From Bispira polyomma (lineage: Eukaryota): a DNA stretch of 64,000 bases. The translations under genes were made by a program, and so were the position numbers. How positions within the stretch are numbered: the first letter of the stretch is position 1; every line of letters begins with the position of its first letter. This document shows, in pieces, positions 37,401 to 49,261 of this stretch. The notes beneath the pieces were generated by a model. It did not search any database. It saw nothing but the letters and a program-made list of their open reading frames with translations, and was not told the origin of the DNA. Where the stretch lies: NCBI GenBank assembly GCA_965649765.1, contig OZ287753.1, forward strand, positions 22,382,001 to 22,446,000, in the 5' to 3' direction.

Positions 37401-40400
37401 TTCTGATTTCATACATATACGCTGTGGTTACAGAAATATGCCTTAGTTACAGATATAGAATAAGGCTTAGTTATACTTCACTAAGCTGTAAGAAAAAGGA
37501 AATTTTCTGATTTCATACATATACGCTGTGGTTATAGAAATATGCCTTAGCTACAGATATAGGATAGTGAGACTTCACCGAGCCAGGGGAAATAATTGAT
37601 TTTATATCAAAAATACAATGCAACTATTAACAAGTAACAAGTAGCAGTGAAAAAACACACACAAAAAAAAACTGCAAAAAACTGACTTATAAAAATAGAA
37701 AATAAATCAATGTCGGATCAAACAAAAGCGTTCTAAAGTCTTATTTGGCAAGTTCTTAAATAATTGAGTACTCACTTATCTAAGTTGTCTTTAATATATA
37801 ATACATGTCTAAGTCCCCTACAACATCATTTGTATCTTTTAAGGTATAATTATTCAATTAAGCCAAATATATCGGTTATGGCAAAATTTCTCAATGTTAC
37901 AGAAAATCAAAATCACTTTGGCCATACCTAGGGAAGATAGACAAATAATTAGGTTTGTATTAATATGGCGTGGGCAATCAGGTGAATTAGATGACAGTTA
38001 ATACACCCTTTCTAAACAAAACCATCAACAGATATAAACGGTAATTAAATAATAGGTAAGAATTAGTTATGCAATGCGAAGTTACTTAAGTGGATTGATG
38101 ACTTACACAGAATCAATAAATCATCTCATAAACTAATGATATAAATCAAAGGTAAGACATTTAACACTATTACTAAAATACTATGTAACATGACTTTAAT
38201 ATGTTTAACAAATTGATCTTGGGGAGGAAATTAACAGGTTTTAAAATACGGGGTAATACATTTTTTACCTACTTCTTGATTTCCAAATATGAACCTATTT
38301 GTTTTTGTGAATCTATTAGTAGCATACACCCTAAAGTCTGATAATGTTTAAAAATTACTACTTATTTCATTTCATAGTTGTCCCTCAGTTCACAAAGCAT
38401 CTTTCCCAAAGTGTTTGCACCCTTCCATTTGGTGGGGTCCCACAGATCGGCGTCTGTCAGTGAACAACCAGTGCCCCAATACTTGTCAAACGGACTAGCT
38501 TCTGCCAGGGTGGCATTACCTGTGTTTTTCAGGTAGTTGGCCAGTTCCTTATTTTGATCAAATTTGGCACTAATTCCCACATGCATAAATTGATCTCTCG
38601 CATCCATCTATTCATCAGGTTTGAAGTTCTGAACTCTTTTCCCTATCGATTTAACGGTCATCGGGTCATCACTTTCAAGAATTTTCTTTGCCAGGGAATG
38701 ATCACCAAAGAGATTTGCTTTTTGGTACATCAAATATTGTTCAACTGAAGAAAAAGTACCCTCACCTGTAGTGAATGTGCATGGAAAATGATTGGACAAT
38801 CTGGAATGTGCGGTGTAGAAGGCTGTAATGTTGCCTTTAGTAACTGTACAGAGATTGCTCGGCCTCAAATCACTTGGTAACTTGTCTAAGTCCTTTGTAG
38901 TGTAGGTTTTGCCATCAAGAATCAACTTGTCAACCGACAAGTGGGCTTTGTACTTTTTGGGTGAATTGTAGGCTGCATTAAGCACTGTAGAAAACTGCCT
39001 TCTGCGTTTTACTACTTCCGAAGGGAAATCTTCTACCACCAGTATTCCTTTTTCCCTAAGTTTCTGCTTTTCCCTTAGAACTTTAAGCTTGTCTCTGAAG
39101 TTGAGGAATTTCATGATAATGGGAGCATCTTTTAGCCTATTCCCAAGTCGATGGGTTCGCTCAATACAAGCTGGGTCGTGATCAATACCATGGCTTTTAC
39201 ATAACTGCAAAATCAGAATGTCACACTCTCCAGTCTGCCACAAATCTGACTCAGCTTTCTTCATTAGGATAAATTTTAGATTGTTTCTTCTTGAAGCAGT
39301 TTCAAGGGAAATTAACCTTTCTTCCAACTTTTGACATCTGTTTTCGGTCTTTTGTAGTTTGTTTTTCAGTACATTATTCTCAGCTTCCAGGTGTACACAC
39401 TTTTCAGTTAGTAACTTCATATCATCCAGCTTTTCAGCGTTAGTTTGCAATGATTTTTTCATTAGGTCAAGATCGCGAGTCACCGGTTCCATAATCTCCA
39501 TAAACATTACACGCAAGGTTGATAATGAGAGGGGAGCATTAGATGTAGGCGAGACCAGTGCATCGTCTTTATTCTGTGTTTTTGGTGGTTGGGAAGCAGT
39601 ACCTTTTTTTAATGCTCTTAGCAGAAGTTTTACCACTATCAACAGACATCTTGCTATTCAACTGTAAAATCGTTAATGCACAAAATCACAAATGTGTATT
39701 TCACTAGTTTAAAAGTTTGAATTATTGTCTTAAATCCACATAAAATTCAATCTATCCTAAGTCAACAAAAATATTTCTTTTATAAATTGCAAAGGATAAT
39801 ACTTAATTTCAGTTGCTTTTAAACACACAACTATCAATTTTTTACTGTCCATGTGGCAAAGTACTAAACTCTTCTTTTGTTATACAGAAGGGAAGAAAGC
39901 ACCATGAATTTGTTGTGTCACATCTGTTTCATAACAAGGTCATGGACTCTCTCTATTTGGTAACAACAATCCAAAAATAGTTTTATTCCTGAAGTGGTCA
40001 CTGGCATAAACGTCACATTTCACACAGGTCATACTTCAGTGTTCACAATGTTGATCATCTCCATATATGGTACTCCCTTTTTCATATATACTACATACGG
40101 CTCTTTAGATCAGTATTAATCCTAAACTTTTATTCCATTGTAGAGCACAAAATATTTCTTACTTTAATATAATAACAATTCCAAAAGATTCTCTGAAAGT
40201 TATTTTACCATATCCTCATTTCTTGTAAACTCTAATGGTCTAATTATCACAAAATTGCTTGAAACTCCTCTCTAGAAAAAAACACTTGTCAAGGCATGAC
40301 TCTCCTCTATCCTCAACTTTTACTATCTTACACAATTACTTGTGTTAGCGAACATTCTAATTGACAGTGCGAGCACTAGAATTTATCTTGGAGTTGACAT

Positions 40401-43400
40401 CCCTCACAATCATATTTCTGACTGCAGCAGGGGCCATATTCACTAAATGTCTTAAGCTTAACATTTATGTGACTGCGTAGTGTTAGTCTTTGTATTAAAA
40501 GCAAAAAGTTATCAAGAAGCAAATATCTTTTCTCACTGTCACTGGGACTAAGACCATAAGTTTAACCTTTTTTGGCCAAAATCAAAGGCCAAAAACTTTA
40601 GCTTAAGATTTAAGTTAAGATTCTGACCTTTTGTGCATCTTTTGGGCACCTTTTGGGCACCTTTTGGGCCCAGCTACACAATCTGTGTTTAACCGAATAC
40701 AGAAGCTCTTACCTTGCAGTTGCTCTAGAGCGACATCTCTTAGTTTTTCCTTGCCAGCAGCGGCTGCCGCAGCTTCACATTGCTGTCTCCTGAGGGGGTA
40801 CTCACTGGTACCAAGGTTGTGCTTGACGTTAGAATTGACGATGACAACGCGTACACTGGGGTCAGTCAAAGGGACCAGTCTACCCTTACAGCTCCTGTAA
40901 ATAGCAAATACATCAAACTTCATCTACCTAAAATTAAGGCAAATATTGATCAATATATTGTCCTATGTCCTTATATGAAGTAATCAATACTCGAGCCTTA
41001 CTCATCTCTAATTATAGACATGACTCTTTGCTGTCTCTCCCTCATTGCATAGGCAGACTCCCATTGGCTGGAAAGCAGCCACTAAGCTTCCTTAATTATA
41101 ATAATTGGAACTACCTCTATATAAACCCATCCAGAGAGGAGTGCGGTCTCTTCTCTCCTCTTCTCTCTCTCTCTCTGGTCTCTCTCCTAGCCCTCCCGGG
41201 GCTAGGATCTTCCAAAGGCAAAGGAGACTATGTACATGTGTGTTGTGTATGTTGAATGTTGTTAGTAGAATAAAAGAAATAGAGATGCAAACACAGTGTT
41301 TCCATTCAAGACTCTTACGAGCCTGAACTTACACCTATGCTCTACGCTACTCCCCAGTTCAGGTTACGACAATATCGATCTAAATTTCTCAGATTCCGCC
41401 CCTACCTATCAATAGTGGATGTAGTCACTGTAGTGTATTTCTAAACTTTGTAAACTGTGGTTTACTATTATTTCAGACTGTAAACAGTGTCAAACTTTTG
41501 GTTTAGCACAAAGTATAACTTTGTCAAAAAAAGGTGAAAACTAATTAAAGATATGTTATGGTCACATATTAATAATTTAATATCATACAGTATTTTAGCA
41601 TGTTAAAATGTATATGCATGTATTACTTTTATCAATATGACAATTTCTGTATGAAAACAATAACCTTGAGGATCCCTATCAAAATATTGTCTCGGTAAAG
41701 GATCAATATTAGAATATGGATGTAATATGACTTCTCTATTAAAAACCAAATTTACATAAAGATAATTTGCCTTAATTAAGGTTAGAGCCATTGTTACCAA
41801 TTTATAATACTGAGTAACTTTATATCTTTGGTGTTTTTCACCCTGGACGAAGTCATCTTTTTATTAGTGTACAGTCATGTTTAAAAAGTATTCAAATAAT
41901 AATTTTGTCACTGGTTTCAGCCCTAATACACCTACCTACAATCTAGTAAGAGCGCATGTCCCTGTTTTCCCTTCACAGAGATGAACTGATCCATGATTCC
42001 ACAGGGCATCCCTGCGAATGTGTGCTCCGCCTTCTGGCACATCAGGATCTTAGTCATCTCCTCGGAAGTCTTGCCCTCTAGAGCCTCCAAGAAGGTGTAC
42101 ATACTGACTTCTAATGCTGCAGAACTAGACACTCCCCCTCCTAGGGGCACAGAGCTCACGATAACAGCATCAAAGCTACACACCTCACCTGGAGAGAAAA
42201 ATACAGTAGAACCTGTTATCTATACAACTCAAGAGAGCAAGATTTTGTTTGGTAATTCCATTGTTTGTTTTATTATTAGAAACACCCCCTGGGTATAAAA
42301 TATTGCTGGGTCCGAAATAAGGCTCGAAATAAAGCAACTTAAACAAAAATTATAAAAAAAAATTTGGATCATGTGACCTTTGTGCACGTAGAAAATATTT
42401 ACTACGACTGATAAAGAAAACTGCCAAAAATCATTTTGATAGCCTTAATAGTAAAGAGAGATGTTAAAGGAAGACCATAAAGCGGCGGCGACGAGAAAAC
42501 CAGATCCAAAACCAAATAAGCGCCCTTTTCAAGAGATGCCTAATTATACTGGGACCAAAAGAAAGCACCTCTTTCATGTTAGAAAAAAAAAGTATATATA
42601 AAGAGATAGTGTTGAGATATAACTGGAAGCTTTTGTTTATTTGCATATAAAGAATGAACCTAAAAAACAAAAGCCCATGTCGATATTTAGGAAAAAAAAC
42701 AGTAGAAGCTCATAAAAGATAAGAGGCATTTTAGTACTATAGAAGGCGGGGAAGTTGAACCCTCCCAGCAGCTTACCCCACAACCCCTCCCTGCTAGCCA
42801 TGGCACAGGTTTTAATCTTTGGCGAAGATTTGTATCAAACAAGAACCAAAAAGACAACTGAAAAAACTATGAACGGCCATGAACGGCTATGAGATAGAAA
42901 TGTAACAAATTAAAGCAAAAAAAAGGAAACTAAAATGCTTAATCATATCCTTTTGTTCTCAGCTCAACTGTAAACCAAGTATAGTTTTTAGTAACATTTA
43001 TATATTTAAAACATATTTCACTGCTTATGATATAGGTCATATAGTACATATCATATACCAGTATCAAAATTGTTCAATTAAACTTTGCTCCTATTACCTG
43101 CATAATGTGCCACAATGCCTTTCACATAGTTAGCCCATGCAGGTGTGCCTGGTTCTAGTGGGTTCTGTGCTGTAGGAGTAGGGAACTCGCAGTAGTTGTC
43201 AGGCTTGATGTGTTCCGATGTACTCAGAATTCTACACAGTCCTGTTGATGTTTTTTTACCAACGACCACAGTCACCATGGGTAGGGCCTAAAAGAAAGAA
43301 ATCTAGGCAAGTTTGAACATACTTGCTAAACCTTTGTGAACATGAACCAACTGTTAAAACCTCATGCTTTATGCATATAGTCTAATACACCCTGATATAT

Positions 43401-44475
43401 TGTATCAACCACAAAAAAGAACAACCTTTCAAAACTGCCTTCATAATTACAGTTTACAAAATGCAACACTATGAGACAGGTTGTCTGATTAATCAGTTTC
43501 AGGACAGTAGTTGTGCAGAGTTCTAGGACTATTGCAGAGACAGTCCACATAAGATGTTTTCTGACACTACAGGTAATTAATAATATCATTCATAAAGCAT
43601 TATTACAATAGTTCACACTAATTTAATTCCACAAAATCAGATTATAAAGTGGTTAATTTTACTTAGAAAATTCACAGGTGGGCAGCAAAATTCACTGGTT
43701 GCCCAGTAAGTTTTCAACAAAACATTGAAATGGGGTATTAGTAGCAGAAAATTAACTTCTAATCTAATCTAATCTAGTCGTACTTTTATAGCACTTAATC
43801 TTTGTACAACAAATTCTAAGGCGCAACAAACCCAAAACGTTAATCGCAAATCAAAAATAGTGGGCGGATACTTCTGTATACCAATCAACACCCACCTAGT
43901 TTGAAAAATGGATATCCCGATGTAGGATTATTAACTGTAAACAGACTTTTGGTAATTCAAATATAATGATATATTAATTGATTTAATGTAATAATTGCTC
44001 GTGTTTGCTTCATTTTTAAAACAATATGTTGCTAACAGCCGCACTTCAGTATAAAAACACAGCTGTTACGGGGATAGGGAATTCAATCTAATAGAAAAAG
44101 GTAACAATTTACAACAATTTGGTAGGGTAAAGAGCTGTACGTCAGTAAAAGCATTGTCGAGGACAGAAAACTCGGTCTAACAGGTACACTGCACCGGGTA
44201 TTTACATGATTCTGTAATGAGACCAGCTCAAAGCCAATGAGTCAAAACAACAAATGAATTTACCATTGGGAAAACGAAACCTGAGTTAAAACAACAAATG
44301 AATTTACCATTGGGAAAACGAAACCATCACTGTAATCTGTGTGTTCTCCTATCAAGTTCACTCGTCCTGGTGCACAGGCGCCGGTATCTGGCTCGTATTC
44401 AAACCTTTCTCTAAAATCGCGTACAGCTGTCTGTGTTGTTTTTTCAACTGACTCAGGGCACTCAATGAAAGACAT
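31448..44475 (-). CDS. GALK1: Galactokinase (392 aa, 7 exons)
   Basis: Exons 44475-44308, 43287-43098, 42188-41936, 40894-40713, 33799-33649, 32164-32002 and 31519-31448 are all GT-AG with consistent phases (1179 nt). Motifs: [33 protein letters not shown] and [12 protein letters not shown]. Confidence 0.97.
32628..32851 (+). mobile_element. tRNA-derived SINE, family B
   Basis: A box TGGTGTAGTGG and B box GGTTCGAATC, followed by GGTGGTTT...TTTCCTC. A related copy lies at 54030. Confidence 0.75.
33040..33182. mobile_element. Palindromic MITE
   Basis: CAGGGGCTACATTCACAAAAGGGCTAAG...TTTTGTCTT pairs with AAGACAAAA...CTTAGCCCTATTGTGAATACTGTCCTG. Confidence 0.65.
34225..36984 (-). pseudogene. LINE ORF2 (APE endonuclease - RT - C-terminal zinc finger), with frameshifts and a large deletion near 36550
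   Basis: SANCQGL/CLQDT/SRGVAIL/NIYAPN; [22 protein letters not shown]; CYFC...[10 protein letters not shown]. Confidence 0.93.
37360..37562. repeat. ~115-bp tandem duplication in the LINE inter-ORF spacer
   Basis: TTCACTAAGCTG...TTTCTGATTTCATACATATACGCTGTGGTTA...ACAGATATAG occurs twice. Confidence 0.85.
38362..39649 (-). pseudogene. LINE ORF1p (coiled-coil, RRM, CTD) fused to a C-terminal NADAR/YbiA domain; one TAG at 38608-38610 and a probable indel in the A-run near 39605
   Basis: L1-ORF1 motifs [30 protein letters not shown] and [10 protein letters not shown] are followed by FY...[31 protein letters not shown] and [10 protein letters not shown]...G.NTLGKML.ELR. The likely start is the ATG at 39649 ([15 protein letters not shown]). 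Confidence 0.88.
40959..41371 (+). mobile_element. Solo LTR (413 bp) in GALK1 intron 3
   Basis: TGTC...GACA ends, a 4-bp TSD ATAT (40955-40958 and 41372-41375), TATATAAA at ~41118 and AATAAA at ~41269. Confidence 0.8.
44238..44325. repeat. 44-bp tandem duplication spanning the GALK1 exon 1 splice donor
   Basis: TGAGT(C/T)AAAACAACAAATGAATTTACCATTGGGAAAACGAAACC at 44238 and 44282. Confidence 0.95.
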
Positions 44476-44564
44476 ATTTTGCCACCTAATCTTCACAGTT
44501 TTAAAATCGGTTGTCTGTAAACGTGGCTTCTGGGTTCAGTGCTTTAACTCTTTACGACATCGAG

Positions 44565-45689
44565 GGTACATACTACACCTCGGAATATAACGCCATGGTC
44601 CAGGGCGGTCGGACCATGGCGGCAGGGCGTAAAAATTTCGAAAATTTCAGATGACTAAATGGCTGTATGTAAATAGATACTTCACTTAAAATATTTGTTT
44701 TGGTACCAACAGTAAGCTGTTTTTATGTACCTTATGATAGATTTACCAAATTCAATTAAAATATAATGGCTATTAAGATATTGTTAGTTAAAGTTGTAAA
44801 CTATATATCCCCACCTCAGGCCAGTTTTTTCCAAGGTGTTTTGTCCCCAGGGGGTTTTTCAAGATCCATTCAAAATCAGAATTTAACTTCAAATGCTTAT
44901 AACTTTCTTAATAATGATGTGTTTTTTCAAAATCCAAAAAGCAGTTTTATCCGCAGGTTAGGGTGTTGAAGATGACACTAAATATGGCTATATAATGATT
45001 TGTTGAAACAACAAATTTTAGTTTAATATATTAGATGAATCAAATGTATAATTTCTTATTTTTTTTTTTTTTTTTTATAAGAAAGACCAAATTTAATTAA
45101 TAATACCTGTTTTATCATTTGATTTGAAATTGGTGAAACCTATCAGAAGGTACATAACAACAGGTTTCTGGTGATACCAAAACAAAAATTTTAGTTGAAG
45201 TATTCCCGGGGCATTTTTCCAGGTCCATTCCAATTCCAGGATGAGAAAGTTTTGATATAATTTGACTTCCTAAGAGGGCCGCAGTGGCCTAGTGGTTAGC
45301 AAGCATTGCACTTCACAATCACTGGTCTCTCACCTCTGGGCGGCGTGAGTTCGAATCCCGTCGATGCCTATGTGGGAAAGGTGGTATAGTTCCTTACTGA
45401 GGGCCGCTGGTTTCAGTACAGAACCTTGACCGACTGTATGCAGTGTTTCCTCCAGCGTTTCCAACTACCCGTCCCAATATAACCTACTAAAAGGTACTAG
45501 AGTGGACGTTAAATATCCAAATTCAAATTGACTTCCTGAGATATATTATACCAACATCATTAAAAATACTTCTAAACCCCTTAAAATAATTCACAATGCC
45601 TCCATAATATCTACTAGGCGTTTTTTCCCAGGCCGTTTTTTCTGAGTCTAATCCGATTCCGAGCGATATTCCGTGGTGTAGTATGTACC
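44565..45689. mobile_element. Non-autonomous DNA transposon with ~25-bp TIRs, just upstream of GALK1; contains a SINE
   Basis: GGTACATACTACACCTCGGAATAT ... ATATTCCGTGGTGTAGTATGTACC. Confidence 0.75.
45275..45527 (+). mobile_element. SINE family A copy
   Basis: Near-identical to the 25822 copy. TSD core TTGACTTCCT at 45262 and 45528. Confidence 0.9.
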
Positions 45690-47657
45690 TTAATCAAGGT
45701 ACCTGCTAAAAGTTGGAATATGAACTGGAATGGAACTTGAAATAACGCACCTTACTCCTCTGATTAGCTCATTAATGCATCAATTAAGAGTCCTGACCAA
45801 TTATGATTGACTGATATAGAAATAATTTGGTTTATATTAAAACAAATCAACAGTGAACTTTATTCAGAATATTAGTATACTCGTCACTAGGGCAGGCACA
45901 ACTGGCTTACATTTTTACAGTTTTGTATTTTAATTTAATAGTAGCTTCCTACTTTACCTTCTACCTGAAGTTATGCAGTTATTTCTCCCAGTTAGGGTGT
46001 ATAGATATATATAGATAGCTAGTTGTACACATTTTTTTATAAATATCTCACTATACAAAGCCCCTAAATATGACACTGTTGGGGGCGATTAACATGACTT
46101 GTAACAGCAGAGGTGCAATATTTAACCACCTCATGCCACTTACCGCACCTGCAGTACCTTTTCAACCATACCCTTTCAGATCCAACTTCAGGAAGTACTC
46201 ATAATAAACATTGGAAAACTATGATGGTAAATCCGAACTACAACTATATAGTTGTTAAACTTTGCAATAGTTCTGCTTTGTGACATTTCATCAGCCTCCT
46301 GACTGGTCACTCTATACCATTACTATGTATTGGTGACACAGGCCTTCTTGTAAAAAATGTATTTGATCTATATTATGCATGCTTTCCACTACTATAGCAC
46401 AATTTAAAAGCAATACAATAATCAATATATGCATCTTAAACTTGTACAGATATTGTTCTAACTATGTTTCTGTTGTTGACCTATTTCAGATGCTTTAATT
46501 ATAAAGAGAAACACTGACTGGATATGATGAACAAATTTGCTATCCTCACATGATATTATCATGGAATCACAATAATCACTGGTGCAACATAGTTCACATT
46601 AAGACTGGAGAGAGTATGCATTATAATTAAAAGCATGCATCATGACTAATCTTGAACTTACTAATTAGTAGATTATTGTAAGACAATGTATATGTCATGC
46701 ACCATAACAATTTTTACCATTTGTAATTTGAAAAGATATGTTGATTTTAACCACATGCAATATATAATTATAAGTGTGCAGGGGTAGCGATCTGAACTAC
46801 CATAATTATGTTTGTGTTTGTTTCCATAGTTTGGTTTGGCTATAAACAAGAGTACACAAAAACTACCAAACTGATTTACTTAAAATTTGGCATTTAGTTT
46901 CAGTTTTTCAATACATTATAGCGTAAGTTTTGTGAAAACTATTGTTTTAATTATATGATCACAGCTTGTTTCCGGATGCAGTCTATTTATAAAAATACCT
47001 AAACCTTAGGTTGAGGTTTCCAAATACTATGAGTTGCATAGTTGCATGCAATCCTAAAAATGATGATATTTTTCCTCTATTTTTTTGTTGTGGTGCACTG
47101 GTCCATATTTCCAGCTTTTGGGTTTTTTGCACTGTAACCCTGGAATTGATTACAGGCTATATATATGTACCAATGATTTCCGTATTATCAACACTTGCTC
47201 TTTATGGATGTATCTTCATGTGCAATATGACAGAAGTTGTAAAGCTCTTGGGCAAACCTCTAGTTTCTCTCTCTGCACTGGTAGAGCTATACATTCTCTG
47301 TATTTTTGATAGCATAATTAGAGTTACTATTTGACACTGTTTTTAAGGATGCAGCAGTTTTTTCCCAAGGTATAAAATTCACAAATGTTCATTCTATCTT
47401 TCTGGTCAAGTTAGCATGTTCTTTACACTCTATAGTAGTGTCCTGCTTTCAAAATGGATTGAATTTTTTACAAATTTTGAAGCCTTGCAGTACTTTTGCC
47501 ACATCAAAGTGGTAAAAGTTAGGTTTATAGCAATATAGTTTTACACACAGAGAAACTAGTTTTAATCATGTGTTTTATATTTATTTTTTTCATTGAAATT
47601 ATACTAATTTGTGTAGCTTTGGTTTTACTAAAACAGATTCAAAAGCTACAGTAGTAC

Positions 47658-49150
47658 TGTAACAATCTGAACCACTATCGGTAACGGTAACGGTAAATGG
47701 GCAAAAATTGGGTATTTTATGAATTTTACCTTATTTTGTGTGTAGGAAATCGCCAATTGTATAATATAATAATGGAAACTTGCTTTTATTTAGTTGGATT
47801 TGTAGAATTTTAGGGTGAATGTGCTTTTATGTCTATATTTAAGGATTCTTGTTGACTACAAGTATAAATAGTGACGCAATCCCTTTTTGCGGGAAATAAT
47901 TATTCTCTCGGTATATCGCTCAGTCATAAATCCGCTATAAAATGTACTTTTGGCACTATTATTTCCCACCATACTTATTTTATTAAATATAATTCTTAAT
48001 TATACATATTCTCATACTAAATTAACCTAATATAACCCAAGATTAGAAATCTGGCGGGATATGATGGAATACGAATGGAGGATGGAATATTTATTGAACC
48101 TGGAGAAGGGTATATAATAGCCGCAGCCGTGAAATTACAGCAGAATTCAGTAGTGAATTCCAGAAGAAGGACTTTACAAAGAAGACACACAGCAGCCACA
48201 AGGGGAGGAAAGAAGAGTGAAGAAAGGTAGCCAGTGACTTCTTGTATTCAGAATTGAATACAGACATCCAGAGCTAGATATTCAGGGATTAAATCATATA
48301 ATTGTACCCCCATAGCCACTAATGTAGCCGCCTATAGCAGCCCCAATCAGCTACTATATACCAGAGAATATTTCCCAACCTCAGAGCCGCCTATAGCCGC
48401 CAATATAGCCGCCAGTAGCCGCCTATAGCAGTCCCAACCAGCTCCTATATGCCTGAGCATATTTTTTAGCCATATAGCCGCCTATAGCCGCCAATATATA
48501 GCTGCCAGTAGTCTCCTATAGAACATGTGTAGTTTCAACCTACTAGAGTCTTCTTAGGAATTAGTTTAGTTGTAGAATATTAGTTTAACTGGTGATGGGA
48601 ATTAATTAATTATACACTTTTAGCTGTAGTTTATGCACCCTTTATTGTCTTGCAATTTAATATTATTATTTGCACTTTGAATAAATGTGAATAGTTTTCT
48701 TGTCTTGCTTGCTTATCTGCTCTATCTAATTTAGTTCACATATTTAAGTTTACATAATAAGCCCTTGGAAGATTACCTCATCAGCATCCATACCAAAGTG
48801 GTTGAAGTCTTCTACCTTCTGATTGTGTGTGTAAGATTTAGCAGTGAATCTGTTTAATACTGGGAGACATCCTACAGGTGTGAGAGATTCAGCAGTGAAT
48901 CTGTTGGCACTTGGAGATATCCTAGAGATGCATCTGTTGATTCAGTAGTGAATCTGTTTTGGCACTTGGAGACGTCCTGGAGGTGCCTGGTGATCCTGGT
49001 GGGATCAAGCTAGACTCAAGTGAGTCTGTAGAAATTCATGCAGATGCAGGTGTGACAAGGCATTATAGCCTGATTTAGTGGCACGCGAAAGCTGATATCA
49101 GTCGTGCTCACTGTGTACAAGGGTGGACCATACCCCTCGGGTCCGTCACA
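47658..49150 (+). mobile_element. Long solo LTR (1493 bp)
   Basis: TGTAAC...GTCACA ends, a 4-bp TSD GTAC (47654-47657 and 49151-49154), a TATA-like TATATAA at ~48111, AATAAA at ~48680, and internal AGCCGCCTATAGC repeats. Confidence 0.8.
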
Positions 49151-49229
49151 GTACTATTTACTGCGTGATTCCATAACTCTTACTCCGTTTCGAAATTAGC
49201 CTGAATTTAGTCTACACCTTATTGGATCG

Positions 49230-49242
49230 CTCTTCCTTTTCC
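49230..49242 (+). promoter_or_regulatory. TCT initiator / 5'TOP tract of RPS24
   Basis: CTCTTCCTTTTCC (fits YYCTTTYY, +1 near 49236), about 25 nt before ATG|GT. This is typical of ribosomal protein genes. Confidence 0.8.
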
Positions 49243-49261
49243 GTTTACCCCAGTTGTAAAC

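Larger units (their letters stand above)
33999..40330 (-). mobile_element. L1/Tx1-clade LINE retaining both ORF1 and ORF2, inside GALK1 intron 4 (same strand as the host gene)
   Basis: A perfect 13-bp TSD CACAATTACTTGT at 33986-33998 and 40331-40343, a poly(A) tail (T-run at 33999-34030), ORF1, and ORF2 with APE, RT and a CCHC finger. Confidence 0.93.

Noticed and set aside
38608-38610. Programmed stop read-through between ORF1 and the rest of NADAR
   Set aside because: The TAG falls mid-domain at a conserved Trp position in a copy with many other lesions, so a TGG>TAG mutation is more parsimonious.
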